A DNA stretch of 64,000 bases, from NCBI GenBank assembly GCA_963823035.1, contig CAWGKG010000017.1:32001-96000 (forward strand). Direction: 5' to 3'. Position numbers and translations under genes: made by a program. This DNA is from an uncultured Gemmatimonadales bacterium (GTDB taxonomy: Bacteria; Gemmatimonadota; Gemmatimonadetes; Longimicrobiales; Gaopeijiaceae). Positions 1 through 10,107 of this stretch are shown one piece after another; position 1 is the first letter of the stretch, and every line of letters begins with the position of its first letter. The notes under the pieces are model-generated. The model did not search any database. It was not told where the DNA came from and saw only the letters and a list, made by a program, of their open reading frames with translations.

Positions 1-448
1 GATCCGCGGGGTGCGCTCCACGAACGGCGCGCCCTTCGCGCTCTACACGGGTGCCACCACCGACGCCGATCCCGTCCCGGACTGCGGCGAGCCCGAGCCG
101 CCGAAGCTGGGCTGCGGATCGGTGATCCACGGGGTCAACTTCGACTTCGACTCCGCCGTGATCCGGAAGGAGTCCGACCCCGTCCTGGCCGAGCTCGCGC
201 GCGGTCTGTCCGCCGACGCCTCGGCGAGCATCACGATCGAGGGCCACACCTCCAGCGAGGGCACCGAAGACTACAACCAGGCGCTCTCGGAGCGGCGGGC
301 GCAGTCGGTGGTCGACGATCTCGTGACACGCGGCGTGGACGCCGCCCGCCTCGCCGCGCTCGGCGCCGGCGAGTCGCGGCCCATCGCCACGAACGACGAC
401 GAGAGCGGCCGTTCGATGAACCGCCGGGTGGAGGTGCGCTGCCGGTAG
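1..448 (+). CDS. OmpA-family domain protein, C-terminal part (5' end outside window)
   Basis: VNFDFDSA, ITIEGHTSSEG..YNQALSERRAQSV and NRRVEV are OmpA C-terminal peptidoglycan-binding motifs. Confidence 0.9.
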   Translation, partial: IRGVRSTNGAPFALYTGATTDADPVPDCGEPEPPKLGCGSVIHGVNFDFDSAVIRKESDPVLAELARGLSADASASITIEGHTSSEGTEDYNQALSERRAQSVVDDLVTRGVDAARLAALGAGESRPIATNDDESGRSMNRRVEVRCR

Positions 449-472
449 CCGCCGAGGGTCGCGGGCCGCCGC

Positions 473-1988
473 CTACGCCCCGGGGCCCCCGCCTTCCGGC
501 ACGGGACTCCCATCCACCCCCAGGTGCACGATCGGCGCGACGCCGGTGGCTGCGAGCGGCTCCTCGATCGACGCGCGATCGCCCACGATCACGATCGCGA
601 GATGGTCGAGGTCGATGTACTCGCGCGCCACGCGCACCAGGTCCTCTCTCGTGACCGCACCCACGTGCTCGGCCATGTCCTGGTAGTAGTCCTGCGGCAG
701 ATCCTCGAGGTAGAGGTCGGAGATGGCGTTCGCCGTGGCGCCCACCGAGGCGAACGACTGCGGGAGGCCCTGGATGAGCGCCGCCTTCCCCTGCGCGATC
801 TCGTCGTCGGTGAAGGGCACGCTGCCCCGCACGCCGCGCAGGTGGCCCATGAACGCGATGAGCGCGCTGTCGGACTTCGCGGTGACGATCGAGCCACCCG
901 CCTGGAAGGCGCCCGGGCCCTTCCCGAACGCGAAGCCGGAGCGCACGCCGTAGCTGTAGCCCTTCACCTCGCGGATGTCGTGATTGAGGCGCGACTGGAA
1001 GAGGCCACCGAGGATCGTGTTCATGACCTCGATGGCGTAGTAGTCCGGGGTGTTGCGCGCCGGCCCCGGCAGGCCGATGGCGAACACCGACTGCGCCGCG
1101 CCCGGCTTGTCCACCAGGTAGATCGTCGTGGGCTTCGGTGTGGGCACCGGCGGGTAGGCGAACGTCGGGGGCTCGGCCGCCGCGGCCCCACCCGGACAGG
1201 GCCTTCTCGACGGTCGCGCCGACCGCGCGGGGCTCCGCGTCGCCGACCACGGTGATGATGGCGCGACCCGGCTGGAAGTAGGTGTCGTGGAAGGACACCA
1301 CGTCCTCACGGGTGATGGCCTGCACGCTCTCGCGGGTCATGAAGCGCCCGTACGGATGGTCCTCGCCGTAGAGCACACGCGCGAAGACGTTGCGGGCGAT
1401 CGCCGTGGGCTGGTCCTCCGCCTGCGTGAGGCTCACGAGCGCGCGGCCACGCAGCCGCTCGAGGGCGTCCCCCGGGAAGGCCGGGTGCTCGATCATGTCG
1501 GCGACGAGGTCGAGCACCTTCGGGAAGTTCTCCGTCGTCGACAGGAAGCCGATCGACCCGCTCTCGGCGCCCACGCGCACGCTCACCGAGGTGCCCAGCA
1601 GGTCCAGGGCGTCGGACAGCTCGTCCCCATCGAGCGACTCGGTCCCCTCGCTCATCATGGCGGCGGTCATCGATGCCAGGCCGGTCTTGCCGGCCGGCTC
1701 GTACTGATCCGCCCCACCCACGAACTCGATCGTCAGGTACACGAGGGGAAGGTCGTGCCGCTGCGACACGACGAGCTTCGCGCCGTTCGCGAGCGAGCGC
1801 TCGCTCCAGTCCGGCACGTGCAGCGCCGGGGGCGCCCCCGGCTCGGGCGGCCGCGAGCGATCGAAGGCGCTGGGGCCCGCCTGCGCGAGGAGGGCGGCGG
1901 GCGCCGCCGCCACGCACAGCGCGGCCGCGAGCACCCCCATGCGCACCGCGTTCGCGGGGCGCGTCCGGATCCCCCGCACGGCGCTCAC
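473..1988 (-). CDS. M16 family peptidase, non-catalytic subunit; frameshift near 1180-1200
   Basis: N-part in ORF 231..1988 (LANGAKLVV, GLASMTAAMMSEGT, HPYG); C-part in ORF 473..1309 (ILGGLFQSRLNHDIREVKGYSYG); no HxxEH. Confidence 0.85.
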
Positions 1989-3421
1989 CGGTCACCTCCC
2001 GACTGCGTGCTCGAGGCCACGGGCGTGCTCTGCTCCGGCTTGGAGGCGAGATCCTTCTTGCCCATCGGCACGATGCTGAGGACCACGCGACCGTCGGTCA
2101 GGTAGCGGTTGGCGACGCGCTTGACGTCGTCGGCCGTGACGGCGCGCGTGGCCGCGAGGTCCTCACGGAAGTACCCGGGGTCGTCGTGGAAGACGCTCCC
2201 CTGGTCCAGCATGTCGGCCTTGGCCAGGTCCGACTGCAGGGAGGAGATCGTACGCAGCTCGAGACCGGCCTTGGCCTTCTGCAGCTCGTCGGCCGTGGGA
2301 CCCTCGCGGCGGAACCGGTCGAGGATCGAGTCGGTGGTGAGCTCGAGCGCCGTGAGCGTGTTGCCGGGCCGCGGCGTGATCGTCACGGCGAACTCGCCCA
2401 CCGCTTCCGACTCGTCCTGGCGTGCGGAGACGTTGGCCGCGCTCTGACGGTCGTACACCAGGCCCTTGGTGAGCCGCGCCGTGCGCGAGCCCGAGAGGAT
2501 GTCGCCCAGGAGGTCGAGCGCGTACTGGTCCGGGCTTCCCACGCCGACGGTCGGCCACGTCAGGTAGAGGCGAGGCACCTGGACCCGGTCCTCGTAGACC
2601 AGGCGTGTCTCGGACGGCAACCTGACCGGAGGAGCGTCCGGACGGGTGATCGTGCCGCCGCGCGGGATCTCGCCGAAGTACTTCGCCACCCACGCCTTGG
2701 TCGACGCTGGATCGAAGTCCCCGACGATCGCCACGGTCGCGTTGTTGGGCGCGTAGTAGAGGCGGAAGAAGCTCTTCACGTCCTCCGCGGACGCCGCGCT
2801 CAGGTCCTCCATGCTGCCGATCACGGGCCAGTGGTAGGGATGCCCGTCCGGGTAGAGCGCCCCGCTGATGATCTCGCTCGCGCGGCCATAGGGTCGGTTG
2901 TCGTAGCTCTGGCGCCGCTCGTTCTTCACGATGTCGCGCTGCGCGTTCAGCTTGTCGAGGTCGAGTGCGTCCAGCAGCCATCCCATCCGATCCGACTCGA
3001 GCCAGAGCACGTCCTCGAGGTAGTTCGAGGGGACGGTCTCGTAGTAGTTCGTCCGATCGTTGGTCGTGGAGCCGTTGTTCCCCCCGCCGACCCCCTCCGT
3101 GTAGCGGTCGTGCACGCCGTACGCGACGTGCCCGGAGCCGGTGAACATCACGTGCTCGAAGAGGTGCGCGAAGCCGGTGCGGCCCGGCTCCTCGTTCTTC
3201 GACCCCACGTGGTACCAGACGTCGACGGCCACGGTGGGCGTCGCGTGGTCCTCGGAGAGAATGACCGTGAGGCCGTTCGGAAGCGTGTAGCGCTCGAACG
3301 GGACGTGGATCGCCGTGCCGTCGCCGGCGGGGCTCTGAGCGCCGAGGGGGGTCGCCAGGGGAGCCGTCGCGCAGACGGCGAGCGCCGGGATGAGGGCCCG
3401 GAGGGTCAGTGCGGTTCGCAT
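1985..3421 (-). CDS. M16 family zinc peptidase (pitrilysin-like), catalytic subunit with signal peptide
   Basis: GFAHLFEHVMFTGS (HxxEH), NGSTTNDRTNYY, VKNERRQ; likely start MRTALTLR at 3421. Confidence 0.9.
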   Translation of the reverse strand: MRTALTLRALIPALAVCATAPLATPLGAQSPAGDGTAIHVPFERYTLPNGLTVILSEDHATPTVAVDVWYHVGSKNEEPGRTGFAHLFEHVMFTGSGHVAYGVHDRYTEGVGGGNNGSTTNDRTNYYETVPSNYLEDVLWLESDRMGWLLDALDLDKLNAQRDIVKNERRQSYDNRPYGRASEIISGALYPDGHPYHWPVIGSMEDLSAASAEDVKSFFRLYYAPNNATVAIVGDFDPASTKAWVAKYFGEIPRGGTITRPDAPPVRLPSETRLVYEDRVQVPRLYLTWPTVGVGSPDQYALDLLGDILSGSRTARLTKGLVYDRQSAANVSARQDESEAVGEFAVTITPRPGNTLTALELTTDSILDRFRREGPTADELQKAKAGLELRTISSLQSDLAKADMLDQGSVFHDDPGYFREDLAATRAVTADDVKRVANRYLTDGRVVLSIVPMGKKDLASKPEQSTPVASSTQSGGDR

Positions 3422-3598
3422 GATGTGCGCGTGCTCGAGGGGTCCGACTTCCGATCGGGCCCGCCGCTTGCTGGCGAGACCGCCACGCGCGGCGGGACCG
3501 CCTGAACGGTCAGGGCACGGCATCGCGGGGTCAACCCGCGAGGCTGGACGAACCTCCTGCCCCGTCCCATGGTATGGAAGATGACGAGGAGGGTGGCG

Positions 3599-4615
3599 AT
3601 GACGACGATGACGCGTTTCTTCCGATCCCGTGCGGGGCTCGTGCTGGCGCTCCTGGGGGACGTCCTGCTGCGCGCGGGCCCCCACGACTGGCACGCGGGC
3701 CCGGACCTCGCGGCGGCGCTCGCCGCGCAGGACCAGGTCACGGCGCAGTGGATCGACCTCGAGGGGGTGGTGGGCACGGCGGTGGGGCTCGACTACTCCG
3801 GCACGCCCGTGGTGAAGGTGTACCTCACGGCCCCCGGGGTCGCGGCGCTGCCCGCGTCCGTGGACGGCGTCGCGGTCGTCCCCGAGGTGACGGGACCGAT
3901 CGTCGCCTACGACGACGGTCCGGCCGACCCCAAGCGTAGCTTCCCCCGCCCCGTCCCCATCGGCGTGAGCAGCGGCCACCCCTCCATCACGGCCGGCACC
4001 CTCGGCGCCCGCGTCACCGACGGCGACCGGGTCTTCGCGCTCAGCAACAACCACGTCTTCGCGGCGGTCAACCAGGGACGCGAGGGTGACCACCTCCTGC
4101 AGCCCGGCGTCGTGGACGGCGGCCGGGACCCGGACGACGCGCTCGGGACGTTGGCCGCCTTCGAGCCGATCCGGTTCTGCAGCCTGGTGTGCCCGGAGAA
4201 CCGCATCGACGCGGCCATCGCCCTCACCACGACGGAGGACGTCGGCAACGCCACGCCCGACGGAGGCTACGGGACGCCGCGCAGCCGCACGGCGGAGGCC
4301 GAGCTGGGGATGACCGTGCAGAAGTACGGGCGCACCACCGGCCAGACGGCCGGGCGGGTCACGGGGATCCACGCGACGATCGACGTGGGCTACCGCGGAT
4401 CCAACGCCCGCTTCGTCGACCAGATCGTCGTCTCGGACGGCAGCTTCAGCAATCCGGGCGACTCCGGCTCGCTGATCGTCACCAAGGGGACGCTGCTCGG
4501 CGACCGACGGCCGGTGGCGCTCCTCTTCGCGGGAAGCAACGTGAACACCATCGCCAACCCCATCGACTTCGTGCTGGAGCGCTTCGGCGTGACGGTGGAC
4601 GGGATCGCACCGTGA
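3599..4615 (+). CDS. Trypsin-like (S1, Nal1-like) serine protease with N-terminal accessory domain
   Basis: AGTLG, LSNNHV (His), IDAAIA (Asp), GDSGS (Ser), KYGRTTGQT; start approximate. Confidence 0.85.
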   Translation: MTTMTRFFRSRAGLVLALLGDVLLRAGPHDWHAGPDLAAALAAQDQVTAQWIDLEGVVGTAVGLDYSGTPVVKVYLTAPGVAALPASVDGVAVVPEVTGPIVAYDDGPADPKRSFPRPVPIGVSSGHPSITAGTLGARVTDGDRVFALSNNHVFAAVNQGREGDHLLQPGVVDGGRDPDDALGTLAAFEPIRFCSLVCPENRIDAAIALTTTEDVGNATPDGGYGTPRSRTAEAELGMTVQKYGRTTGQTAGRVTGIHATIDVGYRGSNARFVDQIVVSDGSFSNPGDSGSLIVTKGTLLGDRRPVALLFAGSNVNTIANPIDFVLERFGVTVDGIAP

Positions 4616-4821
4616 GCGGAGACGTGAAGGCCGCCCTCTCCGAGCTGAACCGCAAGGTGCTCGGCCGACCCGGGGTGGGCGGCACCGCCGTCGGTGAGTC
4701 CGGCGGTACCCCCTGCCTCCTGGTCTACGTCAACGACGCCGGGGCGCGAAAGGGGATTCCGACGCGGGTGGGCGGCGTGCCGGTCAAGGTGCAGGTGACC
4801 GGCCCCTTCCGCCGCCACTGA
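4612..4821 (+). CDS. 69-aa protein resembling the N-terminal domain of the upstream protease
   Basis: GTG start overlaps the protease stop (GTGA); PGVGGTAVG..GTPCLLVYV..IPTRVGGVPVKVQVTGPF parallels EGVVGTAVG..GTPVVKVYL..LPASVDGVAVVPEVTGPI. Confidence 0.75.
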   Translation: MSGDVKAALSELNRKVLGRPGVGGTAVGESGGTPCLLVYVNDAGARKGIPTRVGGVPVKVQVTGPFRRH

Positions 4822-4848
4822 CGCGACGACCCCCACGCACCACTCCGG

Positions 4849-5778
4849 TCAGCTTCCCGGCGGCCGGCCGATGTCGAACGCGCCGCTCGTGATGGCGAGC
4901 GTGCCCGGGGTCGAGGTGCCCGGCGCCGGCCCGAGCGTGGCCGCGAACGTCCCCTTGATGCGCGTCGCGGTGATGCTCGTGACCGTCACGGACCCGCTTC
5001 CACCTGCGCCGTTCGAGCTCCACGTCGACGTCAACGGGCTGGTGACGCCCGTCACCCCCATCGTGCGCGTGGGCGCCGTGCCGCTCAGCGCGTACGTGCC
5101 GGGTGCGGACACGTCGGTGAGCGAGATCGTCAGCGACCTCGTGGTGTTCGAGCCTGTCACCACCAGGATGTCGAACCCACTGGTGAGCTGACCGGTGGCC
5201 GCGGCCGCCGTGAACGGCGTGCCTCCGATGGTGGCCGTGACCGAGCTCCCCGCGTAGTCGGGCAGCGCCCCGACCGCACCGGTCGGCTTGACCTCCAGGT
5301 CGAAGCTGCCGCCCGTGACGCTCTTGGTGCCGGTCGCCGTGCCGGTGAGCGCCTCTGCCGTGAACGTGAACGTTCCCGCGATGCGCGAATCCGTGAGCGC
5401 GGTGATCGTGAGCGTGCCGGCCGCGCCGGACTGGGGGGTCGCCCACCCACCGCCGGCGTCGGAGACGATCGCGCTCCCTCCCGCGACCAGGTTCCCCACA
5501 CCCATCGGATAGGTGCCGGTACCGCCGATGTTGTAGAGGCTGAGGACCATGATGTAGCCACCTCCGAGCTTCGTGCCGGTGATCGAGTACAGGCCCGGAA
5601 GGGTGATCGACACGCCGAAGCTCTCGGCGCCGGCGTCGCTGTTCCACGCCGCGCCGTCGATCGTGGCCTTGATGAAGTGCGTGCCTTCGCCCCCGGGGCC
5701 GGTGGCATCGCTGCCGCCGCACGACATGAGGGGCCCGGCGAGGGCCACGGCGAGCGCCACGGCCGGGATACGGCCCAT
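4849..5778 (-). CDS. Lipoprotein with two tandem beta-rich domains (DUF6252-like)
   Basis: Signal peptide ending LMSC; duplicated ATIDG/ATIGG ... GTY ... RIxGTF ... GxFD. Confidence 0.75.
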   Translation of the reverse strand: MGRIPAVALAVALAGPLMSCGGSDATGPGGEGTHFIKATIDGAAWNSDAGAESFGVSITLPGLYSITGTKLGGGYIMVLSLYNIGGTGTYPMGVGNLVAGGSAIVSDAGGGWATPQSGAAGTLTITALTDSRIAGTFTFTAEALTGTATGTKSVTGGSFDLEVKPTGAVGALPDYAGSSVTATIGGTPFTAAAATGQLTSGFDILVVTGSNTTRSLTISLTDVSAPGTYALSGTAPTRTMGVTGVTSPLTSTWSSNGAGGSGSVTVTSITATRIKGTFAATLGPAPGTSTPGTLAITSGAFDIGRPPGS

Positions 5779-5992
5779 CCGGGAGGGTTTCACGGGATCG
5801 TCTCCGCACTTTGATGGTGGACCGACTCGGGCGCGCGCGTCGCCACGGCCCGCTGTCAGGATGCTCTGCACAAGAGCAATGCGTTCTTTGCCGGCGGGGA
5901 CCGTCACGCGTTGGCGCGCACCGTCCGCGCGCGCTATCTCATCCGGCATGCTGCGTGGGCCGGCGCCCGGCTCGCCGCGAACGGAGGTGACG

Positions 5993-6913
5993 ATGACTCG
6001 GAGGTGGCTGGGAGCGTCCCTTGCCGTGGCGGCTGTGTGCGTCGTCGGCGCGTACGTCGCGTCGGACCCGGAGCGGGAGCAGCTCGACACCGCGGCGCGC
6101 GGGCGACTCGGCGGGACGTACGTCCGGCTCTCCGGGGGGGTCACCCACTATCGTGTCGACGGGCCGGCGGACGGCCCCGGCGTCGTCCTCGTCCACGGGG
6201 GCACGATCCCCATCTGGACGTGGGACGAGCAGGTACCGGCGCTCACCCGCGCGGGCTACCGCGTGCTGACCTACGACCAGTACGGCCGGGGCCTGTCCGA
6301 CCGACCGGACGTGACGTACGACCAGGCGCTCTACAGCGCTCAGCTGGCGGAGCTGGTCGACACGCTCGGCCTGACCGACCCCTTCGATCTGGTCGGGCTG
6401 TCACTCGGCGGCGGCACCGTGGTGAACTACACGGCGGCCCACCCCGAGCGCGTGCGTCGGCTCGTGCTGATCTCGCCCGTGGTACGGGACTACCACGTCT
6501 CCGCGCTCTTTCGCACGCCGTGGGTGGGCGACGCCATCGCGCGCGCGGCCGGTACGCGCATCCTGACGGGCCGCTTCCGGCGCCTGTACGCGGGCAACCC
6601 CGACCTCGAACGGTACACCGAGGCGTTCAAGGCGCAGACGAGGGTGCGCGGCTTCCGGCGCTCGGTGCTGTCGATGGTGCGCGGCGACGCCCTCCGTGAC
6701 TACACCGACGCATATCGCGCCGTGGGCGCCCAGGCACGCGACGTTCTCCTGATCTGGGGAACCGCCGACGACGAGATCACGGACGACATGGTCGGCGAAA
6801 TCCGCACGCTCGTTCCCGGCCTCGAGTTCAGGCCGGTGGAGGGCGCCGGGCACGGGATCGTGGCCCAGAGACCCGACGTGGTGAACCGCCTGCTTATCGA
6901 TTTCCTCCGATGA
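5993..6913 (+). CDS. Alpha/beta-fold hydrolase with N-terminal membrane anchor
   Basis: LVHGG, YDQYGRGLS, GLSLGG nucleophile elbow, WGTADD, GAGH. Confidence 0.9.
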   Translation: MTRRWLGASLAVAAVCVVGAYVASDPEREQLDTAARGRLGGTYVRLSGGVTHYRVDGPADGPGVVLVHGGTIPIWTWDEQVPALTRAGYRVLTYDQYGRGLSDRPDVTYDQALYSAQLAELVDTLGLTDPFDLVGLSLGGGTVVNYTAAHPERVRRLVLISPVVRDYHVSALFRTPWVGDAIARAAGTRILTGRFRRLYAGNPDLERYTEAFKAQTRVRGFRRSVLSMVRGDALRDYTDAYRAVGAQARDVLLIWGTADDEITDDMVGEIRTLVPGLEFRPVEGAGHGIVAQRPDVVNRLLIDFLR

Positions 6914-7025
6914 AGACGGAACGAGAAACTTGATCGGCGGCCCTCCCGTACATAGCATGACAAGATCGGAAGCTGCGGGCCGAGCCACGGCCCGTCCGAG
7001 CGATACTCAGGAGAGCGCGAACACG

Positions 7026-7175
7026 ATGCGATCTCACAGTCACACCCTCTGGATGCCGACGCTCCGCCGTGCGGGCATCTCCGCCATGCAGGGGCGGAGT
7101 GCGCCCATCGGCTACGCGTTCGTCGTCGACCGGGTGCGTCCGCAGGCCCTGACGCTCAAGGAGGGAGAGACCTGA
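7026..7175 (+). CDS. Possible 49-aa leader peptide or small protein
   Basis: ATG downstream of CAGGAGAG; ends just before a strong hairpin; no recognisable family. Confidence 0.35.
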   Translation: MRSHSHTLWMPTLRRAGISAMQGRSAPIGYAFVVDRVRPQALTLKEGET

Positions 7176-7208
7176 GTAAGGCGTAGTTTCCGCTTTTCTC
7201 GATCGGCC

Positions 7209-7256
7209 AACCGGCCTTCCGGTCCCCCTCTGAGGGCGACGGGAAGGCCGGTTTTC
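7209..7256 (+). terminator. Intrinsic terminator-like hairpin in the ABC transporter leader
   Basis: AACCGGCCTTCC (7209-7220) pairs with GGAAGGCCGGTT (7242-7253), with an inner GTC/GAC and CCCT/AGGG stem; short T-run at 7252-7255. Confidence 0.65.
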
Positions 7257-7327
7257 ATTGGCACGTCACCGCGGCCGATCGAGCCGCACAGGGGCGGCCG
7301 GGTACGACCGCAAAGGGGAGAGGGGCC

Positions 7328-9598
7328 ATGTCGGAGAGTGGCTTGAGACAGGACCAGGGGATCATCGAGCGGTACCTGGGCCAGCCCGCCTGGCTACCGG
7401 AGCAGGTCCGGGCCTCCGGGGAGGAGGCGCTGGGTGGGCCGGTGCGCCTGTACGCGATGGTCGACCTGGACGAGGCCATGGCGCTCACGGAACGGTGGGT
7501 GCTGCTCGGCGACGAGCGTGTGGCCCTCGTCGAGCGCGGGTGCGAGGCGAGCGCCTTCGAGCGCGCGGCCGTCCGGGCCGTGCGCGAGGAGCCCGGGCTG
7601 TCCGCGACGCTGCTCCACGTCCTGGGGGAGGAGAAGGAGGCCCCTCTGGCGGAGCTGCGCTACACCCACAGGCAGCGGCGCGCGGTCGAGAACATCCGCT
7701 TCGTGATCCAGCAGCAGGTGGAGGGGCGCGAGGTCGATCCGGGCGTGGCCGACGTGGAATACGCGCGTGCGGTGGCCGCACCGGTGCGCGAAGCACAGGC
7801 CCTGGTGGCGGGGAACCGCAGGGCCGTGCTCTGGCGTCTGCTGTCGTACCTGGCGCCCTACCGGAAACGGCTGGGGTGGGGCTTCGCCGCGGCCGCGGTC
7901 ATCACGCTGGTGAGCCTCGTGCCACCCTGGCTGGCTGGGTACCTCATCGACGAGGTGGTCCGGCCGGTGCAGGACGGCAGCGTGCCGGTGAACAGAGGCG
8001 CGACGGTGGCGTGGCTGGCCGTGGTGGCGATGGCGCTCGTGTACGTGGTGCGCCAGGCGGCGGCGCTGGTGCGGCTGCGGCTGATGGCAGTGGTCGGCGA
8101 GTACGTCGCGCGCGACCTGCGGGGCGAGGTGTACGCGCACCTGCAGAAGATGAGCATGGGCTTCTTCAGCAGGAAGAAGACCGGGAGCCTGATCACGCGG
8201 GTGACGTCGGACACGGACCGACTGTGGGAGTTCCTGGCCTTCGGCGTGGTGGACGTGTCGCTGTCGCTGGTCATGCTCCTGGGTCTGTCCGGGGTGCTGC
8301 TCACCCTGGACTGGGAGCTCGGCCTGGTGATGGTGCTGCCGGTGCCCGCGTTCTGCTGGACGATCTTCTGGCACGGGGAGCGCATGGAGCGGCTCTTCCT
8401 GCGCACGTGGCGGAAGTGGAGCAGCATGACCGACGTGCTCGGCGACACGCTGCCGGGCATCAAGGTCGTGAAGGCGTTCAGTCAGGAGGCGCACGAGACA
8501 GGGCGCTTCTCGGCGCGCAGCTCGGACGTGACGGAGGAGGCGAACCGGCTGCACGCGGCGTGGACCACGTTCTGGCCGACGCTGATGCTCGCGATCCAGG
8601 GAACGACCGTGCTGGTGTGGGCCTTCGCGGTGCCGCGGCTGCTCGGGCTGGGGGGAGGCGCGCCCACGCTGTCGGCGGGGACGTTCGTCTCGTTCCTGCT
8701 CTACACGACGATGTTCATCCACCCGATCGAGGTAATCGGGCAGATGACGCGGACGATGAACCGCGCCACGAGCTCGGCGCACCGGGTGTTCGAGGTGCTG
8801 GACACCGAGCCCGAGGTCGTCGACGTGAAGGAGCCCGTGCGGCTGGAGCCCGTCGAAGGACGCGTCGCGTTCGAGGACGTGACGTTCGCCTACGACGGCG
8901 TCCGCCAGGTGCTGCGCGGGGTGAGCTTCGAGGTCGAGCCGGGCGAGATGATCGGCCTGGTCGGGCCGTCGGGTGGCGGCAAGACCACGGTGGTGAACCT
9001 CATCGCGCGCTTCTACGACGTGACCGGTGGACGGATCACGGTGGACGGCGTGGACCTGCGCGAGTTGGAGTCGGCGCACTACCGGAGGCAGCTCGGGATG
9101 GTGCTCCAGGACCCGTACCTCTTCCACGGTACGGTGCTGGAGAACGTCCGCTACGGACATCCGGAGGCGAGCCCGGAGCGGGTGATCGAGGCGGCGCGGG
9201 CGGCCAACGCGCACGACTTCATCGTGAAGCTGCCACACGGCTACGACACGGTGGTGGGCGAGCGGGGACAGACGCTCTCGGGAGGAGAGCGGCAGCGGGT
9301 GAGCATCGCCAGAGCGATCCTGCACGACCCCAGGATCCTGATCCTCGACGAGGCCACGAGCGCGGTGGACACGGAGACGGAGCGCGAGATCCAGGAGGCG
9401 ATGGACCGGCTGATCGCGGGGCGCACCGTGTTCGCGATCGCGCACAGGCTGTCGACGCTGGTGAACGCGTCGCGGCTCTTCGTGATGAAGGACGGGCGGC
9501 TGGCGGAGAGCGGGACGCACGCCGAGCTGCTCGACAAGGAAGGCGGGGTCTATCGCAGGCTGTACACGCTGCAGCGTGAGATGGCCAAGGCCATCTGA
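7328..9598 (+). CDS. ABC exporter (TMD plus NBD) with N-terminal extension, DUF1854-associated type
   Basis: Six TM region, GPSGGGKTT, LSGGERQR, ILDEATS, AHRLST. Confidence 0.93.
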   Translation: MSESGLRQDQGIIERYLGQPAWLPEQVRASGEEALGGPVRLYAMVDLDEAMALTERWVLLGDERVALVERGCEASAFERAAVRAVREEPGLSATLLHVLGEEKEAPLAELRYTHRQRRAVENIRFVIQQQVEGREVDPGVADVEYARAVAAPVREAQALVAGNRRAVLWRLLSYLAPYRKRLGWGFAAAAVITLVSLVPPWLAGYLIDEVVRPVQDGSVPVNRGATVAWLAVVAMALVYVVRQAAALVRLRLMAVVGEYVARDLRGEVYAHLQKMSMGFFSRKKTGSLITRVTSDTDRLWEFLAFGVVDVSLSLVMLLGLSGVLLTLDWELGLVMVLPVPAFCWTIFWHGERMERLFLRTWRKWSSMTDVLGDTLPGIKVVKAFSQEAHETGRFSARSSDVTEEANRLHAAWTTFWPTLMLAIQGTTVLVWAFAVPRLLGLGGGAPTLSAGTFVSFLLYTTMFIHPIEVIGQMTRTMNRATSSAHRVFEVLDTEPEVVDVKEPVRLEPVEGRVAFEDVTFAYDGVRQVLRGVSFEVEPGEMIGLVGPSGGGKTTVVNLIARFYDVTGGRITVDGVDLRELESAHYRRQLGMVLQDPYLFHGTVLENVRYGHPEASPERVIEAARAANAHDFIVKLPHGYDTVVGERGQTLSGGERQRVSIARAILHDPRILILDEATSAVDTETEREIQEAMDRLIAGRTVFAIAHRLSTLVNASRLFVMKDGRLAESGTHAELLDKEGGVYRRLYTLQREMAKAI

Positions 9599-9622
9599 CT
9601 CGAACCGAAAGGGAGGTGGGAC

Positions 9623-10099
9623 ATGGTCCGGATCAGTGACGCCGGGCTGAGGCTGGAACGAAGGCGGGACGGGCAACTCTGGGCCGTGAGGGACGGGGAG
9701 GAGCGGCCGGTGCGGGTGCACCGGCTGTTCCCCTGGTCGGAGAACGGCCGGCACGTGTCGCTACGCGATGGCGGGAACCGCGAGTTCGCGCTGGTAGGGC
9801 CGGAGGAGCGGCTCGACGAGGCGTCCACCCGTGTGCTGGACGAGGCGATGGTGGCCGCGGGCTTCGTGCTGGAGGTCACCGCCGTGGCCGAGATCGACGA
9901 GGAGATCGAGATCCGCGTGTGGAGGGTCGAGACCCGGCAGGGTGCGCGTACGTTCCAGACGCATCTGGATGACTGGCCGCGGGAGACGCCCGGAGGCGGC
10001 CTCCTGATCCGCGACGTGGCGGGCGACCTGTACTTCGTGCCCGACCCGGGCGCGCTGGACGCGGCCAGCCGCGAGTGGCTGTGGGCCTTCGTGGATTGA
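9623..10099 (+). CDS. DUF1854 family protein
   Basis: VHRLFPWS..VSL, WRVETRQGARTF, LLIRDVAGDLY..D..LD; position downstream of this ABC type is characteristic. Confidence 0.8.
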   Translation: MVRISDAGLRLERRRDGQLWAVRDGEERPVRVHRLFPWSENGRHVSLRDGGNREFALVGPEERLDEASTRVLDEAMVAAGFVLEVTAVAEIDEEIEIRVWRVETRQGARTFQTHLDDWPRETPGGGLLIRDVAGDLYFVPDPGALDAASREWLWAFVD

Positions 10100-10107
10100 A
10101 TGGGGGG

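Noticed and set aside
7026..7175. 49-aa ORF as the YcaO precursor peptide
   Set aside because: No Cys, no Ser/Thr-rich C-terminal core and no recognisable leader. It is separated from ycaO by three genes and fits a leader/attenuator better.
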